NCBI GenBank assembly: GCA_947475125.1
Contig: CANJMX010000001.1
Span: forward strand, 1-47,109
DNA length: 47,109 nucleotides
Direction of reading: 5' to 3'
From: Actinomycetota bacterium
Lineage (GTDB): Bacteria; Actinomycetota; Thermoleophilia; Miltoncostaeales; Miltoncostaeaceae
Below, in pieces: positions 15,665 through 24,737 of this stretch. Made by a program: the position numbers and the translations under genes. The number at the start of each line of letters is the position of its first letter. The stretch's first letter is position 1. The notes beneath the pieces are model-generated. The model was not told the DNA's origin. It saw only the letters and a program-made list of their open reading frames with translations, and did not search any database.

Positions 15665-16836
15665 TCGACGACGACAAACGCGACCGCCCCCTTGATGTCG
15701 ACGCCATCATGGCCGAGCTGCAGGCCGTGGTTGACGCCGACAGGCGTGGCGTGGCCGAGGAGCCGGTGTTCGTGGCAGGGGGTGCCGATGACGAGGCCGA
15801 GGGCGTGCACTTCGACATGGCGCTGCTCCATTCGACCCGCCCGGTCGTGGGGCGTGCCGTCACGGGTACCAAGCGTGCTATCGCGCGGTCAATCCACACG
15901 GTGCTCGAGGACTTCGCCAACCAGGTCACCGCCGCGCTGGGCGATCTGCGCGAAACTGCCGACACGGCGGCATCACAGCTTGAGCGCGTCTACCTCGCGC
16001 TCGAGCAGCTCCGCACCCGGGTGGACCACCTCGCACGCCTCGAGGCCCGGCTGGCGGAGATCGACGCCATCGCCACCCGTATCGATGCGATCGACCAACT
16101 GTCCCTTGAGCAGCGCCTCGCGCGCCTCGAGCAGCGCGTGGGCGACGACCGGCCGGTGGCACCCGCGCCACCCGTGGCACCCGTGCCCGTGCGCGTCGGC
16201 GGCATGGCCATCGCCCGGGCCCGCATCGATGACCTCACCGACGAGCGGCTGCCCGCGTACTGGTCGGTGATCGATTCCGGTGGCCCCGTGCTCAATCTCA
16301 CCCCGGGCGGAGCCGATGTGACCGAGTCACTGACGGCGGCGGGCTTCACGGTACGCGCCATCGATGCCGACCCCACCGACGCGGGCATGGCAGATGCCGA
16401 GCTGGTCGCCGACCCCGTCGCCGCGCTCGGCGAATGCGCAGAGGGTTCCCTTGGGGGCATCGTCGCCATCGGTATCGGAGATCACCTGGCCCCCGAAGCT
16501 TGGATGCGCCTCGCACCCCTCGCCGCTCGCGCCCTCCGACCCGGTGGCGGCATCGTGGTTGAGATCATCAACGCCACGACCCCGGCGGGCATGGCGCTGA
16601 GGTCGCGCGACCCGTCGCTCGCGCAGCCCGTCCACCCCGAGACCCTCGCATTCCTTCTGCGCGCCGCCGGATTTGCCGATGCCGAGGTGCGGACCCTCGG
16701 GGCATTCCCCGAGGAAATGCGCGCACCCATCGAGGCCGAGACCGACTGGTTCGGGCGGCGACTCAACGACATGGCCGGTGTCGTGAACAGGCTGGTCGTC
16801 GGCGAACCCATTGCGGTCGTGCTCGCGCGCCGATGA
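15661..16836 (+). CDS. Coiled-coil protein with C-terminal class I SAM-methyltransferase fold (candidate glycan chain-terminating or length-regulating enzyme)
   Basis: 391 aa. Residues ~85-160 are a heptad-like Leu/Ala/Glu/Arg-rich segment (LERVYLALEQLRTRVDHLARLEARLAEIDAIATRIDAIDQLSLEQRLARLEQRV). A Pro-rich linker follows, then the MT motifs VLNLTPGGADV (degenerate motif I), VRAIDADP, GGIVAIGIGDHL and LRPGGGIVVEI. Confidence 0.7.
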   Translation: MIDDDKRDRPLDVDAIMAELQAVVDADRRGVAEEPVFVAGGADDEAEGVHFDMALLHSTRPVVGRAVTGTKRAIARSIHTVLEDFANQVTAALGDLRETADTAASQLERVYLALEQLRTRVDHLARLEARLAEIDAIATRIDAIDQLSLEQRLARLEQRVGDDRPVAPAPPVAPVPVRVGGMAIARARIDDLTDERLPAYWSVIDSGGPVLNLTPGGADVTESLTAAGFTVRAIDADPTDAGMADAELVADPVAALGECAEGSLGGIVAIGIGDHLAPEAWMRLAPLAARALRPGGGIVVEIINATTPAGMALRSRDPSLAQPVHPETLAFLLRAAGFADAEVRTLGAFPEEMRAPIEAETDWFGRRLNDMAGVVNRLVVGEPIAVVLARR

Positions 16837-17873
16837 GCATCCGGCTTCACCAGTTGCTGGCGGGCGCCGCTCCCGGCGACGCGGTGACCGATCAGGCATT
16901 CCAGTGGCGCAGCGCGCTCGATGACGCCGGCATCAACAGCGACATCTACGCCGAGTACGTCGACTCGCGCCTCTTCGGCAACGTCCTGCCCCTCTACATG
17001 CTGCCCGACGATAACGCGGGCACCCTGCTGCGGTACTCCATATGGAGCCGGGCCAACTGGCTGGCCGCAACGCGCCCCGGGCGACTCGGGATCGTTTACC
17101 ACAACATCACTCCCGCGCGGTTCATGCGGGGCAGCAACCCGGTGGTGGCCGAGTTGTGCTCGCGGGGACGGCGTGAACTCGAGCAGTTCGCCAGCCGACC
17201 CGACGTGGTGGTGGCCGATTCCACATACAACGCCGAGGAGCTGCTGGCGGCCGGGTGGCCGGATCCCGTCATCATCCCACTGCTCCAGCGCCTGCCGATG
17301 CCGCCCCCCGTGCGCGACCCCGTCCCCCCCACCATGCTCTACGTCGGGCGTATCGCCCCGAACAAGCGCATTGAGGACCTCATAATGATTCTCGCCCACG
17401 TGCGTGAACACCACATCCCCGATGCCAGCCTCGACCTCATCGGTAACTGGCTCGAGTTCCCCATCTATCGCGCGGCGCTCGACGAGCTCGCCGGGCGGCT
17501 GGGCGTGACGGATGTCGTCACGTTCCACGGCCACGTGTCGAACGAGGTGCGCGACCGTGCGTACGAGGAAGCCGGGGCCTACGTGTCGATGAGCGAGCAC
17601 GAGGGGTTCTGTAACCCGCCGCTCGAGGCCATGAGCCGTGGGCTGCCGGTCATCGTGCGTGACGCGGGTGCCGTGGGCGAGACCACCGGCAACGCTGCCC
17701 TGCTCGTCCGCGATCGGGACATCCCCCTGGCGGCGGCGGCCGTGGCCCGGACGCTCACCGACGTGCGAGTGCGGCACGGGCTGGCCGTCAACGCCCGACA
17801 CCGGCTCGAGGAGATCACGCCCGAGGCCCTCACGCCGGTGATCCTGCAGACGATCTCCCCCCTTCTCGCATGA
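16833..17873 (+). CDS. GT4-family glycosyltransferase
   Basis: 346 aa. It has VSMSEHEGFCNPPLEAMSRGLPVIVRDAGAVGET (an E-x7-E type motif). ATGA overlaps occur at both ends. Confidence 0.8.
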   Translation: MSIRLHQLLAGAAPGDAVTDQAFQWRSALDDAGINSDIYAEYVDSRLFGNVLPLYMLPDDNAGTLLRYSIWSRANWLAATRPGRLGIVYHNITPARFMRGSNPVVAELCSRGRRELEQFASRPDVVVADSTYNAEELLAAGWPDPVIIPLLQRLPMPPPVRDPVPPTMLYVGRIAPNKRIEDLIMILAHVREHHIPDASLDLIGNWLEFPIYRAALDELAGRLGVTDVVTFHGHVSNEVRDRAYEEAGAYVSMSEHEGFCNPPLEAMSRGLPVIVRDAGAVGETTGNAALLVRDRDIPLAAAAVARTLTDVRVRHGLAVNARHRLEEITPEALTPVILQTISPLLA

Positions 17874-19348
17874 GCGGGCGCTTCAAGCTCGCCGTCGTAG
17901 TGCCGAGGTACGGGAGCGACGTCAACGGCGGCGCGGAGGTACTCGCGCGGCAGTATGCGACGCGTCTGGCCGAGGTGGCCGACGTCACCGTGCTCACCAC
18001 CTGCGCACTCGACTACCGCACTTGGGCAGACCACTACCCACCCGGGCGCACCGTGGCGGACGGCGTCGAGGTGATCAGGTTCTCGGTGCCGGTGCCACGC
18101 GACGAGGCGGCGTTCGACGCCCTGTCGCTTCAGGTGCTGACCGGACCGCCCTCGTCCGACGACGAGGAGGCGGCATGGATGGAGGCGCAGGGGCCGATTT
18201 CGCCCGAGCTCGAACGGCACTTGAGTGAGCACGGCACCAACTACGACGCGGTGCTCTTCATCCCGTATCTCTACGCCACCACCGCCCGCGGGCTGCCCCT
18301 GGTCGCCGACCGCGCGGTGCTGGTGCCCGCCATGCACGACGAGCCGCCGCTCCGGCTTCGCATCTTCGACCGCATCGTCGGTGGCGCCCAGCGTGTGATT
18401 TTCAGCACGCCGGAGGAGCGCGAGCTGGGTCGGCGGCGGTTCGGCGTCGACGACGACCGCGCGCGGATCGTGGGTGCGGGGATCGACATCATCCCCACAC
18501 GGCGCACCGGGGCCACGCCGCGCCGTGCGTCGCGCCCGTATGTGATCGCAGTCGGGCGCATCGATCCCTCAAAGGGGTCAGACCGTCTCATCGCCACCCA
18601 CGCCCGGTACCGCGAGATGCGCCCCGAGGGCCTCGACCTCATGATGGTCGGGCGATCCGTCATGGACATTCCGCAGGCACCGTGGCTCGACTGCGTGGGT
18701 TTCGTGAGCGACGAGGACAAGCAGGCACTCATCTCGGGTGCGGTGGCACTGGTATCGGCCTCGCCCTACGAGAGCCTCTCACTCGTGCTCTTCGAGTCGT
18801 GGGCCGAGGGAACACCAACGCTTGTGGCCACCGCCTCCGACGTGCTGGTGGGTCAGACGCGCCGGGCTGGCGGCGGCCTGTGGTTCCGCGATGCGCACGA
18901 CTACGTCGCTGCGCTCGATTTGCTCACCGCGCGCCCCGCGGTGGCCAATGCACTTGGGGCGAGTGGCCGCCAGGTGGCGCGGGCCCTCACATGGGACGTC
19001 GTGACCGACCGGCTCATCGAGGCGATCCCGGGCATGCCGCGCAGGGTCACCGCCGACGACGTCCCAGATGCCAGGCGCACTGGAGCGGCGGTCACCGCCG
19101 TGCCGGCCACCGCAGCGGCAGGGGCAGTGGCGCACCTCGGTACGGCTCGTGCCACAACGATGCTGATGGGCGTGGGCAGAGGAACACCACAGCCCGGCAT
19201 CGCATGGATCGACCCCGACGACCCGGCACTCGCCGATCGCCTCTCGGTCATTGACGCCGTCATCGACGGCGACCCGGCACTCACCGACCTGGCCCGCGCA
19301 GTCGGTATCCCAGTCATCGACCTCGACGAATGGCGTCAGGCGACCTGA
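17870..19348 (+). CDS. GT4-family glycosyltransferase with ~110-aa C-terminal extension
   Basis: 492 aa. N-terminus: KLAVVVPRYGSDVNGGAEVLARQYATRL. GT4 motif: VSASPYESLSLVLFESWAEGTPTLV. The C-terminal tail has no recognisable motif. Confidence 0.8.
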   Translation: MSGRFKLAVVVPRYGSDVNGGAEVLARQYATRLAEVADVTVLTTCALDYRTWADHYPPGRTVADGVEVIRFSVPVPRDEAAFDALSLQVLTGPPSSDDEEAAWMEAQGPISPELERHLSEHGTNYDAVLFIPYLYATTARGLPLVADRAVLVPAMHDEPPLRLRIFDRIVGGAQRVIFSTPEERELGRRRFGVDDDRARIVGAGIDIIPTRRTGATPRRASRPYVIAVGRIDPSKGSDRLIATHARYREMRPEGLDLMMVGRSVMDIPQAPWLDCVGFVSDEDKQALISGAVALVSASPYESLSLVLFESWAEGTPTLVATASDVLVGQTRRAGGGLWFRDAHDYVAALDLLTARPAVANALGASGRQVARALTWDVVTDRLIEAIPGMPRRVTADDVPDARRTGAAVTAVPATAAAGAVAHLGTARATTMLMGVGRGTPQPGIAWIDPDDPALADRLSVIDAVIDGDPALTDLARAVGIPVIDLDEWRQAT

Positions 19349-20748
19349 GGCACCATGCGGGGTCGTCCGTCGTCGGGGCGCACATCGGCGGGCCACCAGC
19401 GATCGGGCGCATGCAGCACGTGATCCCACCGGCTGCGGAAGAGCAGCCAGTCCGCCGCCACCTCGGGAGTGCTTAATCGCCCGCGGCTCTCTGATTCGTG
19501 GTGCACGAGCGGGGCAAACGGCGTGAAGGCCACGCGCATGCCCTCGGCCGCCACGCGCAGGCACAGGTCGACGTCGTTGTAGTTGGTGGCGAGCGGTGCG
19601 CTCATCCCGCCCATGTGTCGCCAGTTCGAACGCCGCATGGCCAGGCAGGCGCCGGTCACCGCGGTGCGATCGCCAGGCACACCCACCGCCCACGACGGAG
19701 CATCTGCAGGAGCAACCCCAACCAGGGCATGCTGCGGCACGCCGTCGTGCACGACGATTCCGCAGTGCTGGATCGTCCCGGAGGGATAGAGCAGCAGCGA
19801 TCCGGCAACACCGGTCGATGGGTCCTCCAACTCGTCAATCAAGGGGTCGACCCACCCGTGATCAAGGGCCTCGACATCATTGTTCAGGAGCACCACGACA
19901 TCACCTCGGGCAGCAGCCACGCCACGGTTAGCGAGCCGGGCGAAGTTGAACGGGATGGGCGCAGCCAGTACCCGGTGCGGCGTGCGCCCCAGGCGAGCGC
20001 GCGCAGCCGGGTCGGTGGTGCCGTTGTCGACGAACACGGCCTCAACCCGTGATGATCCGGCCATGCGAATCGTGCGCTCAGCCATGGCCACCAACTCCGG
20101 GTGGTCGCGGGTGGGCACCACAAGGGTCACCAGCGGGCGTGCACGCGCTGCCGCCCGAACCGGGCGAAAGGCGCCGGCAAGCCCAGGGATTCCCTCGATG
20201 GTCGGGGGGGCTGCTGCCCGTGCAGCAGCGCGAGCCAACACCGCAGCGGCATGATGGCGCGGGCGCGCAGGGCTGCTCGGCGCAGCAGACGAGATCGCGC
20301 CCGCGACCGACGAAACCCCCACCTGGGCATCCGGGCCAAGCGCCATCAGGACGTCGTGAAGCGCGTCGTCGCCAAGTTCCGGATCCAGCCCACCGGCTCG
20401 ATCAACGGCATCGGCCCGCACCACCACGAGACCCCCGGTGCAGGCCCAGTGCCGACCCTGGATCACCGACCACGGCACGGGCTGGTACACGCGGCCATCG
20501 GAGCGACGCGTGGCGGTGAGCACGGCATCGAGGCCACCGGCCAGCAGCCGGTCCACCGCCTGCCCGAGCCCGGTTGGCAGCACCATGCAACCGCTCTCGA
20601 GAACCGCCACCACATCAGCGTCGGTGTCGGACGGGTCACGGGCGACCCGCAGGATGATGCCGGGGGGCGCCGGCAACGCCATCACATCAGCGTCCGCCGA
20701 CCACAGCACCACTGACGTGGGCGGCGCACCCGGAGCCGCTTCGATCAC
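19336..20748 (-). CDS. Two-module GT2 glycosyltransferase (degenerate N-terminal GT-A-like half plus canonical C-terminal GT2 half)
   Basis: 470 aa. The C-terminal half has LVVPTRDHPELV, VFVDNGTTDP and VVLLNNDVEAL. The N-terminal half is GT-A-like but lacks a clear DxD. Its 3' end overlaps the convergent gene by 13 nt. Confidence 0.75.
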   Translation of the reverse strand: MIEAAPGAPPTSVVLWSADADVMALPAPPGIILRVARDPSDTDADVVAVLESGCMVLPTGLGQAVDRLLAGGLDAVLTATRRSDGRVYQPVPWSVIQGRHWACTGGLVVVRADAVDRAGGLDPELGDDALHDVLMALGPDAQVGVSSVAGAISSAAPSSPARPRHHAAAVLARAAARAAAPPTIEGIPGLAGAFRPVRAAARARPLVTLVVPTRDHPELVAMAERTIRMAGSSRVEAVFVDNGTTDPAARARLGRTPHRVLAAPIPFNFARLANRGVAAARGDVVVLLNNDVEALDHGWVDPLIDELEDPSTGVAGSLLLYPSGTIQHCGIVVHDGVPQHALVGVAPADAPSWAVGVPGDRTAVTGACLAMRRSNWRHMGGMSAPLATNYNDVDLCLRVAAEGMRVAFTPFAPLVHHESESRGRLSTPEVAADWLLFRSRWDHVLHAPDRWWPADVRPDDGRPRMVPQVA

Positions 20749-21335
20749 CCGAGCGCCCGTCGAAGGCGCTTGGGCAAACGCGCGACGAGAGCGGCCTTGG
20801 TGTCGATCATCCGACGCGACAGCACCCAGGCCCGGCTGGCCTCGATGCCAGCCACATGCGCACTCAGATCATCGAGCTGGCGTCGCATCGCCATGCGTTC
20901 CTCGCGATCGAGTCGTGCCGCCTCCCGCTGGTTGCGAAGCTCCTCCTGCCGCACCGCGCCAAGCCAGGTGCGCAGGCCCGCCTCGCGCGCGGTGAGGCGC
21001 TCGCCATCGCAGAACCCCCGAATCCACTCCGGCAATACCTCCGGATCCACCACCTCGATGCCGGGTGACGGCGGCGCGGTGCCGGCGGGGCCGACCATCA
21101 CCACCGGCACGCCCGCCGACGCAGCCGATGCGCAGCGGGCAGGGTCGGACCCCACGAAGAGGGACACCCCCGGTCGATGGATGACCAACTCCATCCATGC
21201 CCCGTTACCCAGTGCCGCCCTGACGATCGCCTCGAGGTCAGCGGGGCCGTCCAGCACCACCGGGCCGGCCGGGTCATGCAGCATGACGCCGGGGTCCAGT
21301 CGTGCACCGAGGAATGACGCGTTACGCTCGCTCAC
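20745..21335 (-). CDS. Hypothetical protein with C-terminal coiled-coil segment
   Basis: 196-aa ORF coupled to the downstream GT2 (overlapping stop/start). The C-terminus REAGLRTWLGAVRQEELRNQREAARLDREERMAMRRQLDDLSAHVAGIEA is heptad-like. The start is uncertain (GTG 21335 or ATG 21284). Confidence 0.5.
   Translation of the reverse strand: MSERNASFLGARLDPGVMLHDPAGPVVLDGPADLEAIVRAALGNGAWMELVIHRPGVSLFVGSDPARCASAASAGVPVVMVGPAGTAPPSPGIEVVDPEVLPEWIRGFCDGERLTAREAGLRTWLGAVRQEELRNQREAARLDREERMAMRRQLDDLSAHVAGIEASRAWVLSRRMIDTKAALVARLPKRLRRALG
21323..21328 (+). promoter_or_regulatory. Candidate -10 element (TACGCT) placed for a leaderless transcript starting at ATG 21336
   Basis: A TAnnnT hexamer lies 7 nt upstream of the ATG. 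Confidence 0.35.
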
Positions 21336-22499
21336 ATGAGGATCCTAATGGTGACGACGCGCTTCGGCGACCAATTGGTGGGCGGAGCCGAAAACCTCGC
21401 GCGTGCGCTGGGGATGCATGCTGCCGCAGCGGGGATGGACGTGGAGTTCGCCACCACCTGCGCGGCCGACAACGAGCGCTGGAGTAACACGCTGCCAGCG
21501 GGCGAATCGACGGAGGGCGGCCTGACCGTGCGGCGGTTTCGCGTGTCGCCACGCGCCGTGCGGCGGCACGGCGAACTGCACGCCCGCCTGATGCGCGACG
21601 GCACGCTGGGCACGCTCGACGAGGCCGACTTCCTGGGCACCAGCGTGTGGTCGGCCGACATGCAGCGCTTCATCGACGACGAGGGCGGCGGGTACGACGC
21701 CATCATGTTCACGCCGTACCTCTTCGGCACCACGATCTTCGGCGCGCAGTCGTGGCCCGAGCGCACCATCGTCATCCCCTGCCTGCACGATGAGCCCGAC
21801 GCCCATCTGCCGGCCATTCAGGCGGTGCTCCGCAGGGTGTCGGGGCTCATGTTCAACGCCCGCGGCGAGCAACGGCTTGCCGAGCGGCTGCTGGGACCCG
21901 TACGCGGGTCGGTGGTCGGCATGGGATTCGACCCGCCACAGGGCGACCCCGGGCCGGGACTCGGCGACGGCAGCCCGTACTTCGTCTACGCGGGTCGGCT
22001 GGAACAGGGCAAGCGCGTACACATGGCGGCGCAGATGTTCGCCGACTACGCCCGGCGGCGTGACCCCGCACTGCGGCTCATGCTCATCGGCCGAGGGTCA
22101 TGGCGGCCACCAGACGACCTGCGCCCGTTCGTACAGCACGTGGGCTACCTCGATGAGCAGGCGAAGCGCGGCGCACTTGCCGGGGCGCGGGCGCTCATCA
22201 ACCCGTCCGTGCTCGAGAGCTTCTCAATCGTGCTGCTGGAAGCCTGGCTTGAGGGAACGCCCGGGGTCGTGGCCGCAGGATCAGAGGTGATGCGCGACCA
22301 CTGCGAGGACTCAGGTGGCGGAATCGCCTACGCCAACCAGGTGGAATTCGATGCCGCACTCGACCGTGTCATCGGTGATCCCGCAGGGGCGCGGGAGATG
22401 GGTGAGGCCGGCCGCGCCTACGTGGTGGACCAGTACTCGTGGCCGCGGGTGATGGAGCGCTTCGAGGCCGCGGTGGACGTCGTCGCCTCCTCGTCCTGA
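21336..22499 (+). CDS. GT4-family glycosyltransferase
   Basis: 387 aa. N-terminus: MRILMVTTRFGDQLVGGAENLARAL. GT4 motif: INPSVLESFSIVLLEAWLEGTPGVVAAGSEVMRD. Confidence 0.85.
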   Translation: MRILMVTTRFGDQLVGGAENLARALGMHAAAAGMDVEFATTCAADNERWSNTLPAGESTEGGLTVRRFRVSPRAVRRHGELHARLMRDGTLGTLDEADFLGTSVWSADMQRFIDDEGGGYDAIMFTPYLFGTTIFGAQSWPERTIVIPCLHDEPDAHLPAIQAVLRRVSGLMFNARGEQRLAERLLGPVRGSVVGMGFDPPQGDPGPGLGDGSPYFVYAGRLEQGKRVHMAAQMFADYARRRDPALRLMLIGRGSWRPPDDLRPFVQHVGYLDEQAKRGALAGARALINPSVLESFSIVLLEAWLEGTPGVVAAGSEVMRDHCEDSGGGIAYANQVEFDAALDRVIGDPAGAREMGEAGRAYVVDQYSWPRVMERFEAAVDVVASSS

Positions 22500-22513
22500 G
22501 CCCTCAGGGGCTC
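22498..22513. terminator. Short hairpin (GAGCCC-tcag-GGGCTC) between convergent genes
   Basis: A 6-bp perfect stem with a 4-nt loop sits in the 24-bp gap between stop 22499 (+) and stop 22524 (-). The stem is short and no T-tract follows. Confidence 0.2.
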
Positions 22514-22523
22514 CCCGCCTGCC

Positions 22524-23402
22524 TTACGGGTCGAGGGAGCGGATCGCCCGGTGCACTTGGTGTTCCTCCCCCGGAATCGCGGCGATCCGGGTCGGGTGGT
22601 CTTCCCAGAGATAGAAGGATTCGGTTCCCGCGAAGCCGGGGGTCCCACTGCGGCCGAGCACCTTCGCCTCACGCGCCTCCCGGGAATTCAGGAGAAGGTC
22701 AAGGTGGGCGAGCGAGCTGCCGCGCGCGATGCCCCAGGAGCCGGGGCTCGAACTGGCGAGCGTCTGATGGATCTCGCCCACGTACCTCACGCCGTCGACC
22801 CGTCGCGCGAGCCGGGGTTGGAGATCGGGCCAGTGGGGCGGCGCGTCGAGCCAGCCCAGCCCGTCATCAGATCGCACCACCCAGCGTCGTGGCAACCACC
22901 AGCCCGTATGCCGCCGGGTGCGGATCAGGTCCGGAATAGCGCTGATCAGTAACGACGTCGCAACCTCGTCGGCATCGAGGATCAGCACCCAGTCGGCACG
23001 GGATGCGTGAGCCGCCCGCGTCTGCTGGGCTCCGAAGCCATCCGCGGGAAATGGGGCGTGCACCACGCGCGCGCCCAGCGAGCGCGCCACATCGGGCGTG
23101 GAATCCCGCGATCCCCCATCGAGTACGACGAGGTCGTCAATGATCGCGAGGAGATCGGGAGCGAGCGCGATCGGCAGAAGGTGCGCGGCATCCTGCGCCA
23201 TCATTGCCACGCCAAACGAGGGATTCGCTGGATTCGTCCGGGCGAGCGCCCTGTGGCGAGGTACTGCGCTACGAGCGACGCCGTGACCCCAACGCAGGCC
23301 AACGCCGGCGCGAGACGCCCCATTCCGGACTCTCGGGTAGCGGAGCAAGCGCCCGAGCACGCGCGAGTGGAAGATCGCGGCAAGAAGGGCATCAGATGCC
23401 AT
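22524..23402 (-). CDS. GT2-family glycosyltransferase
   Basis: 292 aa. Motifs: ..FGVAMMAQDAAHLLPIAL.., VVLDGGSRDST, LILDADEV. It lies downstream of wzm-wzt on the same strand. Confidence 0.75.
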   Translation of the reverse strand: MASDALLAAIFHSRVLGRLLRYPRVRNGASRAGVGLRWGHGVARSAVPRHRALARTNPANPSFGVAMMAQDAAHLLPIALAPDLLAIIDDLVVLDGGSRDSTPDVARSLGARVVHAPFPADGFGAQQTRAAHASRADWVLILDADEVATSLLISAIPDLIRTRRHTGWWLPRRWVVRSDDGLGWLDAPPHWPDLQPRLARRVDGVRYVGEIHQTLASSSPGSWGIARGSSLAHLDLLLNSREAREAKVLGRSGTPGFAGTESFYLWEDHPTRIAAIPGEEHQVHRAIRSLDP

Positions 23403-23501
23403 TGGCGGAATCTTTCATCTGGGCCTCATGCACAGCGTGACGTCGGAGACGGTCACAAACACCATGCATCGTCACGTTGTGTTGATCGGCGTCGGGCCAA
23501 C

Positions 23502-24737
23502 TCAGGCGCGAAGCGCTTCACCCGCATCCGGACGGTCGATCCCCGCGACGTCCCAGTCGCCCAGAATCGCCACAGGCCCGAAACCACGGCCTGTTGAGAA
23601 GACGGTGAATTCCACCGCGCGCTCGACCTCGTGAAAACTGAACCCACCGGCATCGGCTTCGAGTTTGACGTCGATGGCGAAGCGGCCCTCCATCAGCGGC
23701 AGCTGCGCCAGCACGAAACGTGCACGGTGGAAGCCGCGCTCCGATGCCCGCTGATCAACGGCCACGCGGTTGTCGGTACCGGCGATCAGGGCACCGTCAA
23801 CCGTACGCACGGTCAACGCCGTCACCGGGCTGACGTCCTCATTGACCTCGTAGACGACCTCAACAATGCAGCGTTCGCCCGACAGCAACCTGCTGGTGGG
23901 GCCATCGTCGCCGGACACGGTGACCGAGACGATACGTGCCGACCGCCAGCCGTGATCCTCTTCCACCACGGCCGCACCGGAGTCGGCGCCCATCGAGGTG
24001 GCCAGCCCCTTGTGGTAGTCGTCGAGCACCTTCACGGGGTCGCCGTCGCTCACCACATTGCCGCCCGAGAGCCAAATCGCCCGGTCGCATACCGTTTGGA
24101 TCGCCCACTGGCTGTGACTGACGAACACGATCGTCACGCCACGTCGCTGGAAGTCCGCGATGCGTGATAGGCACTTGCTCTGGAAGGCCTCGTCACCCAC
24201 GGCGAGCACCTCGTCGAGCAGAAGGATGTCCGGATCGAGCTCCGCGGCCACCGAGAAGCCCAGCCGCATATACATGCCGCTCGAGTAAGTGCGGACCGGG
24301 GCGTCGATGAAGCCCTCAAGTTCGGAAAACGCGATGATGTCGTCCATCCGCGCGCGCACGGACTGACGCGACATCCCATGAATGGAGGCGTTGAGGATGA
24401 CGTTCTCGCGGCCGGTGAAATCGGGGTGGAACCCCGATCCCAGCTCCAGCAGCGAAACCACCTTGCCACCCGTGCGCACCTGCCCGGCGTTCGGCGGCAG
24501 GATGCCGGCGAGCAACTTGAGCATCGTGCTCTTGCCTGCGCCGTTTGCACCGATGACGCCGACGGCATGTCCAGGCTCGATATGGAGATCCACGTCGCGC
24601 AACGCCCACACCTCACGGTGGATGCTGCGGCGTCGTCGCAGGATGGCCTCCTTGAGCGTCTGATTTCGCTCAAGCAGGAGGCGGTACTTCCGCGAGACGC
24701 CTTCGAGGCGGATCTCGCCGGGCCGCAAATCACTCAC
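23502..24737 (-). CDS. wzt: ABC-transporter ATP-binding protein for glycan export (Wzt/TagH-type) with C-terminal ~160-aa extra domain
   Basis: 411 aa. Walker A is GANGAGKST, the signature is YSSGMYMRLGF, and Walker B is LLLDEVLAVGD. Residues ~250-411 are a beta-rich extension (..RIVSVTVSGDDG..CIVEVVYEV..FVLAQLPLMEGRFAIDVKL..) resembling Wzt C-terminal carbohydrate-binding domains. Confidence 0.9.
   Translation of the reverse strand: MSDLRPGEIRLEGVSRKYRLLLERNQTLKEAILRRRRSIHREVWALRDVDLHIEPGHAVGVIGANGAGKSTMLKLLAGILPPNAGQVRTGGKVVSLLELGSGFHPDFTGRENVILNASIHGMSRQSVRARMDDIIAFSELEGFIDAPVRTYSSGMYMRLGFSVAAELDPDILLLDEVLAVGDEAFQSKCLSRIADFQRRGVTIVFVSHSQWAIQTVCDRAIWLSGGNVVSDGDPVKVLDDYHKGLATSMGADSGAAVVEEDHGWRSARIVSVTVSGDDGPTSRLLSGERCIVEVVYEVNEDVSPVTALTVRTVDGALIAGTDNRVAVDQRASERGFHRARFVLAQLPLMEGRFAIDVKLEADAGGFSFHEVERAVEFTVFSTGRGFGPVAILGDWDVAGIDRPDAGEALRA

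Noticed and set aside
16141-16200. Short direct DNA repeat (ccgtggcacccg..) suggestive of a tandem repeat
   Set aside because: It simply encodes the Pro/Ala/Val linker (PVAPAPPVAPVPV) between the coiled coil and the MT domain. It is too short and imperfect to call a repeat element.
16482-17801. 439-aa minus-strand ORF antisense to the methyltransferase and GT4 genes
   Set aside because: No motifs and low complexity. The plus-strand genes have GT4 and MT signatures and ATGA coupling.
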